Origin: an uncultured Methylophaga sp.
GTDB lineage: Bacteria; Pseudomonadota; Gammaproteobacteria; Nitrosococcales; Methylophagaceae
Direction: 5' to 3'
Assembly (NCBI GenBank): GCA_965140485.1
Contig: OZ223249.1
Coordinates: forward strand, 731,750 to 795,749
Length of the DNA stretch: 64,000 nt
The position numbers were made by a program, and so were the translations under genes. The notes under the pieces are model-generated. The model saw nothing but the letters and a program-made list of their open reading frames with translations. It ran no database searches and was not told the origin of the DNA. Of the stretch, positions 20,225 through 30,398 are shown piece after piece. Position 1 is the first letter of the stretch. Every line of letters starts with the position of its first letter.

Positions 20225-20620
20225 TTATTTTTCGATTGGCTTGGGCGTAAAATCTTCTGCAAACTCTAAAGCATTACCATCAGGATCACGACAGAAAAAC
20301 GCTGCTCTACCGGACTTGCTTCGCGAAAATTCATAACCTGCAGCTTCCAGACGCTCACCTAAGGCTTCTAAATCATCCACTACTAGGGCTAAATGACGAT
20401 CACGGCCACCATGTGCAGGACGACCATCTGTTGAATCAGGATTAGGTAATACCATCAGATGAATCATTTGTCCGGTATCAGCGATATCTAACCAAGCACC
20501 ATCATAGGCAAACTCAGGTCTGTCGGGATTTAATGGTAGTTGTAAAACATCACAATAAAAACGTAAGGAAACATCTAGGTCTTCTACTAAAAAACTGGCA
20601 TGTGCGATTGATTTGATCAT
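20225..20620 (-). CDS. VOC/glyoxalase family protein
   Basis: HASFLVEDL..SLRFY..VL, HLALVVDDL, FCRDPDGNALEF. Confidence 0.88.
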   Translation of the reverse strand: MIKSIAHASFLVEDLDVSLRFYCDVLQLPLNPDRPEFAYDGAWLDIADTGQMIHLMVLPNPDSTDGRPAHGGRDRHLALVVDDLEALGERLEAAGYEFSRSKSGRAAFFCRDPDGNALEFAEDFTPKPIEK

Positions 20621-20700
20621 ATTTCACCCGGATAAATAAAAAACATTTAAAAGCGCTAGCGTTATTCTAACGTGAAGCGATCTTTGCTCCCAAATAAGGC

Positions 20701-21582
20701 TCAGGCTTTACCTTGCTTAGCCATGCCATAGGCGGCAATAAAAATAAGTGCTCCACCTAACCATTCAGTCTGACTCATTTGTTCATTGGTCAGCCACCAG
20801 GCGGATATGGCGGCGACTATAAGTTCTGACAACATCAAAATGGCTGAACGAAATACTGGCATACGCGCTAAACCATATAACACCGCTATCGTCATGGCGG
20901 TAAAACATAAACCACCAAAGACCATGACCACAATCCAAAGGTTAAGACTGATATCGGGGACACTCGATTGCTGCAGAATTAATACAATCCCTGCCACCAT
21001 GACGACTCCCCAATATACGATGGTCGTTTTAACTTCCATGGCCACATCAGCAAGTTTGCGACTTAATACGTTATTCACTGAAAACATGAACCCCGCAAAT
21101 AAGGCTAACCAGTCCGCCAGATCGTTTGGCCACGGCAGTCCGATTTCCGGATGCCATAACATAATCATCGTCCCTGACATCGCGACGATAATCATCAACA
21201 TAGACAGTCGGGAAATCTTTTCGCCTAACCACCAGCGACTTAATAATACTGACCATAATGGTGATAAGTAGAAAAGCAGCATGACTCGCATTACTTCGCC
21301 CTGAGTAAGGGCGACTAAAAAAGCAATATTGGTGATACCTGCAGCAGCGGCAAGCGCCCAGAGACTCAGAGGCCAATGGCCTGAAAAATCTTTCTTTTGT
21401 CGCATCAACATAATACTTGCCACAATGGCTGCAGCAAAATACATCAATAATGTAGACCAAACGACGGGAAGGCCTTGTTGTTCGAGTAAGCGCATCGGAT
21501 ACCAAATTAATCCCCACATGGCTGAGGAAAATAAGATACCGAGTACAGCAAGATTAAATTGTTGGTTATTCGTATTTGTCAT
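20701..21582 (-). CDS. DMT/EamA family transporter
   Basis: About 10 TM helices, LFYLSPLW..LLSRWWLGEK; probable start 21582. Confidence 0.85.
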   Translation of the reverse strand: MTNTNNQQFNLAVLGILFSSAMWGLIWYPMRLLEQQGLPVVWSTLLMYFAAAIVASIMLMRQKKDFSGHWPLSLWALAAAAGITNIAFLVALTQGEVMRVMLLFYLSPLWSVLLSRWWLGEKISRLSMLMIIVAMSGTMIMLWHPEIGLPWPNDLADWLALFAGFMFSVNNVLSRKLADVAMEVKTTIVYWGVVMVAGIVLILQQSSVPDISLNLWIVVMVFGGLCFTAMTIAVLYGLARMPVFRSAILMLSELIVAAISAWWLTNEQMSQTEWLGGALIFIAAYGMAKQGKA

Positions 21583-21654
21583 GGCACACCTTATAACACG
21601 AGATGGTCTCAACCCGTTATAATGGTCGGATTTTTCACTCATTTATTTGGAATT

Positions 21655-22848
21655 ATGAATCCAGAACTGGCAAAACTGCACCCCTATCCTTTCGAGAAGT
21701 TAGCACAGCTTAAGCAAGGCTGTGTACCACCGGAAGATAAGGCACATATTGCACTGTCGATAGGCGAGCCTAAACACCCTACGCCAGGATTTATCACCGA
21801 AGCGGTCATCACACATTTACACGGTTTATCATCCTATCCCACCACAGCGGGTACCAATGAGCTCCGTCATACTATTGCGACCTGGCTAAATACCCGGTTT
21901 AATCTGGATGGGCATATCAATGCTATGACCCAAGTTTTGCCAGTGAATGGCACGCGTGAAGCTTTGTTTGCTTTTGCCCAAGCAGTCATTGATCGTGATA
22001 AAGCACCATTAGTATTAATGCCTAATCCGTTTTATCAAATCTACGAAGGTGCAGCTATTCTGGCCGGTGCAGAACCCTATTATATGAATTGCTCCGCCAG
22101 TAATAATTTTATTCCCGATTTTGAAGCCATTGGTGAAGAGACCTGGCAACGTTGCCAACTGATCTATATCTGCAGCCCTGGCAATCCAACCGGCGCGGTT
22201 ATTGACCAAGTCACTCTGACACGTTTAATTGAACTAGCTCACCAGTATGATTTTGTCATTGCTGCCGATGAATGTTACTCAGAGATTTATCCCGATGAAG
22301 CCAACCCACCGGTCGGTTTATTAGAAGCAGCTTACGCGGCTGGTTACACCGATATGAGCCGCTGTGTTGTTTTTCATAGTCTGTCAAAACGTTCGAATGC
22401 CCCTGGCTTGAGAAGTGGTTTTGTCGCTGGTGATGCTGATATTCTGAAACAATTCCTACGTTATCGCACCTACCATGGCTGCTCAATGCCACCGGCTACA
22501 CAAGCGGCCTCCATTACCGCCTGGAATGATGAAGATCATGTGGTGCATAACCGTGAGCTGTATCTGGAAAAATTTAATGCGGTATTAGAGATTTTATCGC
22601 CAGTGATGTCAGTGTCGATGCCCCAAGCCGGTTTCTACCTTTGGGCTGAAACACCGATTGCTGATACTGAATTTGCCAGACAACTATTTGAACAACAAAA
22701 TGTCACCGTATTGCCAGGCACCTATCTGGGTCGGGACACCACCGCAGGCAACCCAGGTTCAAATCGTATTCGCATGGCCTTGGTTGCCCCGCTGGAAGAA
22801 TGTATTGAAGCTGCAAATCGCATTCGCAGCCTTATTGAAAGTTTATAA
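21655..22848 (+). CDS. dapC: N-succinyldiaminopimelate aminotransferase
   Basis: LHPYPFEKL, SIGEPKH, CSPGNPTG, DECYSE, SLSKRSNAPGLRSG; upstream of dapD; probable start 21655. Confidence 0.93.
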   Translation: MNPELAKLHPYPFEKLAQLKQGCVPPEDKAHIALSIGEPKHPTPGFITEAVITHLHGLSSYPTTAGTNELRHTIATWLNTRFNLDGHINAMTQVLPVNGTREALFAFAQAVIDRDKAPLVLMPNPFYQIYEGAAILAGAEPYYMNCSASNNFIPDFEAIGEETWQRCQLIYICSPGNPTGAVIDQVTLTRLIELAHQYDFVIAADECYSEIYPDEANPPVGLLEAAYAAGYTDMSRCVVFHSLSKRSNAPGLRSGFVAGDADILKQFLRYRTYHGCSMPPATQAASITAWNDEDHVVHNRELYLEKFNAVLEILSPVMSVSMPQAGFYLWAETPIADTEFARQLFEQQNVTVLPGTYLGRDTTAGNPGSNRIRMALVAPLEECIEAANRIRSLIESL

Positions 22849-22871
22849 TTAAATCAATGGAGTAGACACCA

Positions 22872-23693
22872 ATGAGTGATATTCAACAAATTATTGAAGA
22901 GGCGTTTGAACGTCGCGCTGATATTAATCCAGCTAATGCTGACAGCGATGTTAGAAATGCAGTTAATGAAGCACTCGCTATGCTGGATAACGGTTCAGCT
23001 CGTGTGGCAGAAAAACAAAATGGCGATTGGGTTGTTAATCAATGGCTGAAAAAAGCGGTTTTATTATCATTCCGTTTAAATGACAACAAGATCATGCCTG
23101 GTGCAGAAACTAACTATTTCGACAAAGTTGATCCTAAATTTGCCAGCTTTAACGAAGATGACTTTAATAAAGCCGGTGTTCGTGTTGTTCCACCAGCCGC
23201 TGTTCGTCGTGGCTCATACATCGCACCTGGTGTTGTACTTATGCCCTCTTATGTCAATATCGGTGCTTATGTTGATTCAGGCACCATGGTTGATACTTGG
23301 GCGACTGTAGGCAGCTGTGCTCAAATCGGCAAAAACGTTCACCTTTCAGGTGGTGTTGGTATCGGTGGTGTATTGGAACCATTACAAGCTGGCCCAACAA
23401 TCATTGAAGATAACTGCTTTATTGGTGCGCGTTCTGAAGTTGTTGAAGGTGTTGTTGTTGAAGAAGGCTCAGTTATCTCAATGGGTGTTTACATTGGTCA
23501 AAGCACAAAAATCTTCAATCGTCTGACCGGTGAAATCACTTATGGCCGCATCCCAGCAGGTTCTGTTGTGGTTTCAGGTAACTTACCGTCTAAAGATGGT
23601 TCATACAGCTTGTACTGCGCGGTCATCGTCAAACAAGTTGACGAAAAAACACGCGGCAAAGTCGGTATCAACGAATTATTACGTGATATCTAA
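22872..23693 (+). CDS. dapD: Tetrahydrodipicolinate N-succinyltransferase
   Basis: [40 protein letters not shown]. Confidence 0.97.
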   Translation: MSDIQQIIEEAFERRADINPANADSDVRNAVNEALAMLDNGSARVAEKQNGDWVVNQWLKKAVLLSFRLNDNKIMPGAETNYFDKVDPKFASFNEDDFNKAGVRVVPPAAVRRGSYIAPGVVLMPSYVNIGAYVDSGTMVDTWATVGSCAQIGKNVHLSGGVGIGGVLEPLQAGPTIIEDNCFIGARSEVVEGVVVEEGSVISMGVYIGQSTKIFNRLTGEITYGRIPAGSVVVSGNLPSKDGSYSLYCAVIVKQVDEKTRGKVGINELLRDI

Positions 23694-23717
23694 TATCTGA
23701 ATAGATCAGTAAAATTT

Positions 23718-23756
23718 AGGGGATGGGTATATTGTTTACTCATCCCCTTTTCTTTA
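23718..23756 (+). terminator. Intrinsic terminator/attenuator after dapD
   Basis: AGGGGATGGGTA-tattgtt-TACTCATCCCCT followed by a T-run. Confidence 0.65.
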
Positions 23757-23781
23757 CAGCTTGATAACAATGTGACGAACT

Positions 23782-24120
23782 ATGATTCTCTACGGTATTA
23801 AAAACTGCGATACAGTAAAAAAAGCCAAGCGGTGGCTTGATGCACATTCAATTGACTATCAGTTTCATGATTTTCGCCAGCAAGGCCTTGAAGAACAGAC
23901 GATCAGAGAATGGCTTCAATCCGTTGACTGGGAGACTTTATTGAATAAACGAGGAACCACCTGGCGCAAGCTGGATGATCCACGTAAAGAGCATTTGGAC
24001 AAAGACACAGCGGTTGAACTAATGCTGGAAAACCCTACTCTGATTAAGCGACCTGTTGCGGTAAGCAACTCAACAACCATAGTCGGATTTAATGAAGATG
24101 TTTACCAACAATTTAATTAA
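23782..24120 (+). CDS. yffB: ArsC/Spx family YffB-like reductase
   Basis: LYGIKNCDTVKKA, LLNKRGTTWR, PTLIKRP; typical neighbour of dapE. Confidence 0.85.
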   Translation: MILYGIKNCDTVKKAKRWLDAHSIDYQFHDFRQQGLEEQTIREWLQSVDWETLLNKRGTTWRKLDDPRKEHLDKDTAVELMLENPTLIKRPVAVSNSTTIVGFNEDVYQQFN

Positions 24121-24610
24121 CTTAGGTTTTCCAGGTAGGGTTCTGGCACTTTTATTCTTATTCGCTCCTCTAGCTGGCTTTGCAGATGATACAAAGCATG
24201 AAGATAGTTACTTTGATCATTATTATCTTCAAGGCGGCACTTATTTGCACTATACCGATAGTGATGACTATACCGGCACAAAAATATTTACTTCGCTGGA
24301 AGGCGTTAAGTCGAATGACTGGTTGTATGGTCTAGCCTTATTTGACAACTCTTTTGGCCAGTTTTCCCAGTATCTCTATACCGGTAAGAGCTGGAATTAC
24401 CATGGTAAATTTGAAGGATTCCACACCAAGCTAACCGCGGGCTTTATCCATGGTTATCGAGGTGATTATAAGGATAAAATCCCACTCAATCACTTCGGTA
24501 TCGGGCCAGCGATAATCCCTGGCATCGGTTATGATAATGGCAAATTTGGTGCCGATGTCATTATGTTAGGTGGCGCAGGATTATTATTTACTGTCGGCAC
24601 TCATTTATAA
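24092..24610 (+). CDS. Small outer-membrane beta-barrel resembling Pseudomonas-type PagP (PA1343) lipid A palmitoyltransferase
   Basis: Signal peptide; YLQ..TY.H, F.NSFGQ.S.Y.Y.GK, KLT.G...GYRGDYKDKIPLN.FG..PAIIP..G pattern as I recall it for that family; terminal beta-strand. Confidence 0.6.
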   Translation: MKMFTNNLINLGFPGRVLALLFLFAPLAGFADDTKHEDSYFDHYYLQGGTYLHYTDSDDYTGTKIFTSLEGVKSNDWLYGLALFDNSFGQFSQYLYTGKSWNYHGKFEGFHTKLTAGFIHGYRGDYKDKIPLNHFGIGPAIIPGIGYDNGKFGADVIMLGGAGLLFTVGTHL

Positions 24611-25762
<1,152 letters not shown>

Positions 25763-25772
25763 GCAAGTTCTC

Positions 25773-26063
25773 TTGTATCCAAGACAATACAAACGGCACT
25801 ATCTATATGTGTTAGCAGCCATTGTGCTGCTATTGCAGTCGTTTGCTGTCTGGCATGATGCCGAACATCCTTTCCATAAAGCTGAAGCGCAATGTGAGCG
25901 CCTCAATGCCATTGGTCATTTTCCACTTGCTGATGTTACTGCAGATGTCAGTATTTATCTGCAACAGACTGTTATCAGTCTCGAAGTAGAGTCTCCCATA
26001 ACCACTCTGCCATTCGCGCAGCGTCAATCCTATCTTATCCGCGCCCCACCTGCTTTTTCATAA
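25773..26063 (+). CDS. DUF2946-like upstream leader protein with His/Cys motif and C-terminal RAPP arrest motif
   Basis: TTG start; hydrophobic N-terminus LYVLAAIVLLLQSFA; WHDAEHPFH...C...H; ends YLIRAPPAFS. Confidence 0.75.
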   Translation: MYPRQYKRHYLYVLAAIVLLLQSFAVWHDAEHPFHKAEAQCERLNAIGHFPLADVTADVSIYLQQTVISLEVESPITTLPFAQRQSYLIRAPPAFS

Positions 26064-26161
26064 CCTCTCCTACCCTCTTTATTTTTAATCACACTACGGA
26101 TCCGTTTAACGTTTGATCTGTAGCTATAGCTTATGGCTATGAGGAAAGTTTATGAAAAGCA
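26051..26161 (+). promoter_or_regulatory. mRNA structure able to sequester the RBS and start codon of the 26152 gene
   Basis: 26051-26063 TGCTTTTTCATAA pairs with 26150-26161 TTATGAAAAGCA (1-nt bulge); CCTC 26064-26067 pairs with SD GAGG 26141-26144. Confidence 0.6.
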
Positions 26162-27531
26162 AAAAACTGCTTGTGCTGCTGATGACAGCTGCACTGAGCC
26201 CGGTATCACCTGCGTTCGCCGGCGATATTGACGATCTGAAACAAGAAATAGCAAAAATGCGTGCTGATTATGAGCAACGCATTCAACAACTCGAACAACG
26301 TTTATCTGATGCAGAAGCGACCACTCAGGCCGTTGCCGATGAGGTAGCAGCAGTACCAGAAGCTCCCATTCCGGTGGCTTCGGCAAACAGTAGCAATACG
26401 TTTAATCCTGCTATTAGTATGGTCTTAAACGGTACCTTCAGTCAGTATCAAAATAATGCAGATGATTACGCTTTGGATGGTTTTAATGTTCAAGGTGAAG
26501 GTGGCTTAAACGAAGAAGGTTTTTCTCTGGGTGAAAGTGAGTTAACTGTAAGCTCGAATATTGATCAATTATTTTATGGTCAGGCTACACTGGCAGTGCA
26601 TGAACATGAAGGTGAAACAGAACTTGAAGTTGAAGAAGCCTATATTGAAACTCTAGGCTTAGGCAATGGCTTAACTGTTCGTGCTGGTCGTTATTTTTCT
26701 CCCATTGGTTACTTAAACGAACGTCATGCTCATGCGTGGAACTTTGCTGATGCGCCATTAATTTATCGTGGACTGTTTGGCAATCAACTTTCTACAGATG
26801 GTGTGAAACTCTCTTACCTATTACCAACTGATTATATGCTCGAGGTGGGTACCAGTGTCGGCAATGGTGATAGTTATCCTGGCAGTGGTGATCACAGTGG
26901 TATTGGTGACTGGCTGGTCTACGCCAAAACCGGTGGTGATATTGGTATAGAAAGCAGCTGGCAAGCAGGTATTTCTCATTGGCGCTCAAGCCCTGATGAT
27001 CGTTCTTATGATGGTGGACACCACCATGGTCATGATGAAGATCACGATGAAGACATTTCAGCAATGTTCAATGGTGATACTGATATCACGAATCTGTCTC
27101 TAGTTTATAAATGGGCACCGAACGGTAACTTCCGTCAGGAAAATCTGACCTTGATCGGTGAGTTCATGTATCTACATGATGATGGTGATATCAGTCATGG
27201 CAGTGATGAGTTCGCTAACTACGATGGCAAACAATACGGCGGTTATCTGGAAGGTATTTATCAATTCAATCCACAATGGCGTTCCGGTGTCCGTTATGAC
27301 TGGTTAGGTAGCAAACATCGTGCATCAGATGATGAATTGCTGGCAGATGCAGGGCTTGAAGGTGGTAGAAGCCACCCGCAACGTACCAGTGCCATGGTGG
27401 AATACTTACCGAGTGAGTTCAGCCGTATTCGCGCGCAGATTAATCATGATCAATCCTATAGCGATGATGATTGGCAAATGATTCTGCAATACACCGTTAG
27501 TCTTGGCGCTCATGGCGCGCACCAATACTAG
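26152..27531 (+). CDS. His-rich outer-membrane beta-barrel, putative Zn/metal uptake porin or receptor
   Basis: Signal peptide, N-terminal coiled coil, FNPAISMVLNG, GYLNERHAHAWNF, HHHGHDEDHDED loop, C-terminal GAHGAHQY. Confidence 0.8.
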   Translation: MKSKKLLVLLMTAALSPVSPAFAGDIDDLKQEIAKMRADYEQRIQQLEQRLSDAEATTQAVADEVAAVPEAPIPVASANSSNTFNPAISMVLNGTFSQYQNNADDYALDGFNVQGEGGLNEEGFSLGESELTVSSNIDQLFYGQATLAVHEHEGETELEVEEAYIETLGLGNGLTVRAGRYFSPIGYLNERHAHAWNFADAPLIYRGLFGNQLSTDGVKLSYLLPTDYMLEVGTSVGNGDSYPGSGDHSGIGDWLVYAKTGGDIGIESSWQAGISHWRSSPDDRSYDGGHHHGHDEDHDEDISAMFNGDTDITNLSLVYKWAPNGNFRQENLTLIGEFMYLHDDGDISHGSDEFANYDGKQYGGYLEGIYQFNPQWRSGVRYDWLGSKHRASDDELLADAGLEGGRSHPQRTSAMVEYLPSEFSRIRAQINHDQSYSDDDWQMILQYTVSLGAHGAHQY

Positions 27532-27540
27532 GAGTTCATA

Positions 27541-28434
27541 ATGAAAACACTTATTTTCACTGTTTTATTTTTATTGAGCTCACCAGTATGGGCTCAACTG
27601 TCTGTATTCGCTTGTGAACCTGAATGGGCATTCTTAACTAAAGAGTTAGGTGGTGATGATGTTTCGGTGTTTAGTGCGACCAGTGGTTTACAGGATCCGC
27701 ACTATATCCAGGCACGCCCGAGTCTGATTGCTAAAGCACGTCAAACCGATTTATTGGTTTGTACAGGTGCCGAGTTAGAAGTGGGTTGGTTGCCATTACT
27801 TCAGCGTAAAGCAGGTAACCCCAATATTCAGATTGGTGCTGAGGGCTATTTCATGGCGGCAGATTATGTCCGATTACTGGAAAAACCTGTCACTGTCGAT
27901 CGGAGTCAGGGCCATGTTCATGCAGCAGGTAATCCACATATTCAAACCAGTCCGGTGAATATTTTTAAGGTAGCGCAAGCGCTGACTGAAAGGTTAAAAC
28001 AACGTGATCCTGAACATGCCAGCAACTATGAAAAACGCTGGCAGGATTTTCAGCAGCACTGGCAAACAGCTATGAAACAATGGCAAGAGAAAGCAGCGCC
28101 TTTGAAAGGTGTGCCGATTGTTGTGCAGCATAAAAACTGGATTTACCTGACCAAATGGTTAGGACTGAACGAAGTCGCTGTGCTGGAAGCGAAACCTGCC
28201 GTACCACCCACTGTAAAACAGTTGCAATCAGTAGTTGAGAAGCTGAAACAAACACCGGCAAAAATGGTGATTCTGGCAGCCTATCAATCACCAAGAGCCA
28301 CAGATTGGTTGGTGGATAAAACAGGCATCAAAAAAGTGGTACTGCCATTCACCGTTGGTGGAGATAAAAACAGTAATAACTTGTTTGAGCTTTATGACGA
28401 CACCATCAACTTATTACTGGATGGCGCTAAATGA
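27541..28434 (+). CDS. Cluster A-I (ZnuA/TroA-like) metal-binding periplasmic protein
   Basis: QDPHYIQARPS, GAELEVGWLP, DRSQGHVHAAGNPH, HKNW, LEAKP. Confidence 0.88.
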   Translation: MKTLIFTVLFLLSSPVWAQLSVFACEPEWAFLTKELGGDDVSVFSATSGLQDPHYIQARPSLIAKARQTDLLVCTGAELEVGWLPLLQRKAGNPNIQIGAEGYFMAADYVRLLEKPVTVDRSQGHVHAAGNPHIQTSPVNIFKVAQALTERLKQRDPEHASNYEKRWQDFQQHWQTAMKQWQEKAAPLKGVPIVVQHKNWIYLTKWLGLNEVAVLEAKPAVPPTVKQLQSVVEKLKQTPAKMVILAAYQSPRATDWLVDKTGIKKVVLPFTVGGDKNSNNLFELYDDTINLLLDGAK

Positions 28435-29195
28435 ACCTGATCAATCTTGATTGGTCGCTAATATTGCCTGCCCTCGTGGCAGGCATGTTAGTTCTGACAA
28501 CACATGTGCCTCTGGGTCAGGAAGTACTCAAGAGAGGCATTATTTTTATTGACCTTGCCATTGCACAAATGGCCGCACTAGGTGTGATGGCCGCCACCAT
28601 TTTTGTTGGTGATATGCATGGTCCCTGGCTGCAAGTCAGTGCTGCTACCAGCGCGCTCTCCGCCTCCGTTTTAGTGCTGTGGTTAGAGAAACGATATCCG
28701 CATATTGTCGAAGCATTAATCGGCTTATTATTTATATTGGCCGCTAGTGGTGGGATTTTACTTGTCAGCCATGCACCACATAGTGATGAATTACTCCATG
28801 ATTTATTAGTGGGTCAGATTTTGTGGGTTACGCCTTCTCATCTGTTATGGGTCACGGCACTCTATGCTGCCTTATTAATTGTGTGGTTTACCATGCAATC
28901 CCAGCGTAGCTGGCTGTTTTATATTATATTTTCACTGACTGTCACAGCCTCCGTACAATTAGTGGGTGTGTATCTGGTCTTTGCCAGTTTAATCTTGCCC
29001 GCTTTAGCCAGCCGTGGATTTGAAAAACCCTATCATAAGCTCATGCTTGGTTATGGTATTGGCTTTCTCGGTTATTTCTTTGGGCTGATTTTAGCGTTAT
29101 TACTTGATGTGCCAATGGGCGCCATGACAGTTTGGACTTTATTTGCTCTGGTGGTATTAAGCCGCTTTATGATGCAGTGGCTAAATAGACGATAA
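28431..29195 (+). CDS. ABC-3 (ZnuB/MntB-like) metal permease
   Basis: THVPLGQEVLKRGIIFIDLAIAQMAALG, LLVGQILWV, LVGVYLVFASLILPA; ATGA overlap with the binding-protein gene. Confidence 0.82.
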   Translation: MNLINLDWSLILPALVAGMLVLTTHVPLGQEVLKRGIIFIDLAIAQMAALGVMAATIFVGDMHGPWLQVSAATSALSASVLVLWLEKRYPHIVEALIGLLFILAASGGILLVSHAPHSDELLHDLLVGQILWVTPSHLLWVTALYAALLIVWFTMQSQRSWLFYIIFSLTVTASVQLVGVYLVFASLILPALASRGFEKPYHKLMLGYGIGFLGYFFGLILALLLDVPMGAMTVWTLFALVVLSRFMMQWLNRR

Positions 29196-29235
29196 CTTTG
29201 GTAGATTGTCTTAAAACAACCATCGGGAACGCAGC

Positions 29236-29580
29236 ATGAGCGAATCAACACAAGCCAGTCAAAACACCGTCAAACTCGTGTACTTATTATTTATTGCCAA
29301 TATTATTATTCAGTTCTTAGGTTTTGTGGCAGTGGTCATTGCTTACATAAATAAAGACGATGCCGCCGCTTGGTTACAATCTCACTATCAGTTTCAAATT
29401 AGAACATTCTGGATAGGTTTTCTGTATCTATTTATCGGCGTGTTATTCGCGTTCTTTTTAGTTGGCTATTTCATTTTAGTATTCTGGGTTATCTGGGTTG
29501 TCATTCGCTGTGTCAAAGGTATGAAATACCTGGATCAGCAACAGCCACACCCTAATCCAAACAGCTGGCTGTTTGGCTAA
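29236..29580 (+). CDS. Small membrane protein (DUF4870-like)
   Basis: VYLL...AVVIAY....A..WLQSHYQFQIRTFW...W...RCVKG. Confidence 0.7.
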   Translation: MSESTQASQNTVKLVYLLFIANIIIQFLGFVAVVIAYINKDDAAAWLQSHYQFQIRTFWIGFLYLFIGVLFAFFLVGYFILVFWVIWVVIRCVKGMKYLDQQQPHPNPNSWLFG

Positions 29581-29587
29581 AATGAAC

Positions 29588-29609
29588 AGACCGGATAAAC
29601 CGGTCTTTT
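29588..29609. terminator. Intrinsic terminator between convergent genes
   Basis: AGACCGG-ataaa-CCGGTCT followed by TTT. Confidence 0.6.
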
Positions 29610-29614
29610 AAATG

Positions 29615-30373
29615 TTACTGACGATAAAATGCCATCGGCCCGTTCGCTTCATGGGTCGGCATAACTTCAATGGTAGTCACATTGACATGCTCTGGGGTAT
29701 TGACCAACCACCAGACTGTATTAGCAATATCTTCGGCATCTAATGCTCTAGTACCTTCATAGACTTTATCTGCACGAGCCTCATCGGCTTTAAAACGTAC
29801 TTTTGAAAACTCTGTTTCAGCATTACCTGGTTCCACATTAGACACTCGTACATTGGTACCTAATAAATCCGCACGTGTTGCTAGTGAGAACTGTCTGACA
29901 AAGGCTTTGGTGCCACAATAGACATTGCCACCAGGATACGGCCAATTCCCAGCGACAGAACCAATATTAATGATGTAGCCAGATTTACGTTCAGTCATCA
30001 TTGGTAAGATGGTGCGCGTACAGTAAAGTAAGCCTTTGATATTGGTATCCACCATTTTTTCCCAATCATCCAGGTTAGTTTCCTGGGCAGGTTCCAGACC
30101 TAATGCCAAGCCAGCATTATTCAGTAAAACATCAATTTTCTTAAAAGGTTCAGCAAGACCATTGATAGCAGATTCAACCGCTTTTCTGTCTGTGACGTCA
30201 AAGCAGCAGGTAGCTACTTTATCTTTGCCACCCAGTTCCTGCTGTAAATCATCTAGTCGTTGCTGGCGTCGTCCCGTCAGGATTAATTGCCAGCCATTGT
30301 TTGCAAACAATCTGGCACAAGCTTCCCCAAACCCTGAGGTCGCTCCGGTAATCATGATGGTTTTATTCGACAT
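29615..30373 (-). CDS. YdfG-like NADP-dependent short-chain dehydrogenase
   Basis: ITGATSGFG, NNAGLALG, YPGGNVYCGTK, EPGNAETEFS.VRF. Confidence 0.88.
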   Translation of the reverse strand: MSNKTIMITGATSGFGEACARLFANNGWQLILTGRRQQRLDDLQQELGGKDKVATCCFDVTDRKAVESAINGLAEPFKKIDVLLNNAGLALGLEPAQETNLDDWEKMVDTNIKGLLYCTRTILPMMTERKSGYIINIGSVAGNWPYPGGNVYCGTKAFVRQFSLATRADLLGTNVRVSNVEPGNAETEFSKVRFKADEARADKVYEGTRALDAEDIANTVWWLVNTPEHVNVTTIEVMPTHEANGPMAFYRQ

Positions 30374-30398
30374 GCATTCGACTCCTTATTGAGATTAA

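Noticed and set aside
20786-21622. Several overlapping alternative ORFs (161, 148 and 97 aa) within the DMT gene
   Set aside because: Off-frame or antisense to a convincing membrane transporter; no family motifs.
23782-24120. Second 'arsC' as part of arsenic resistance
   Set aside because: It is the YffB/Spx-like family conventionally linked to dapE, not the ars operon.
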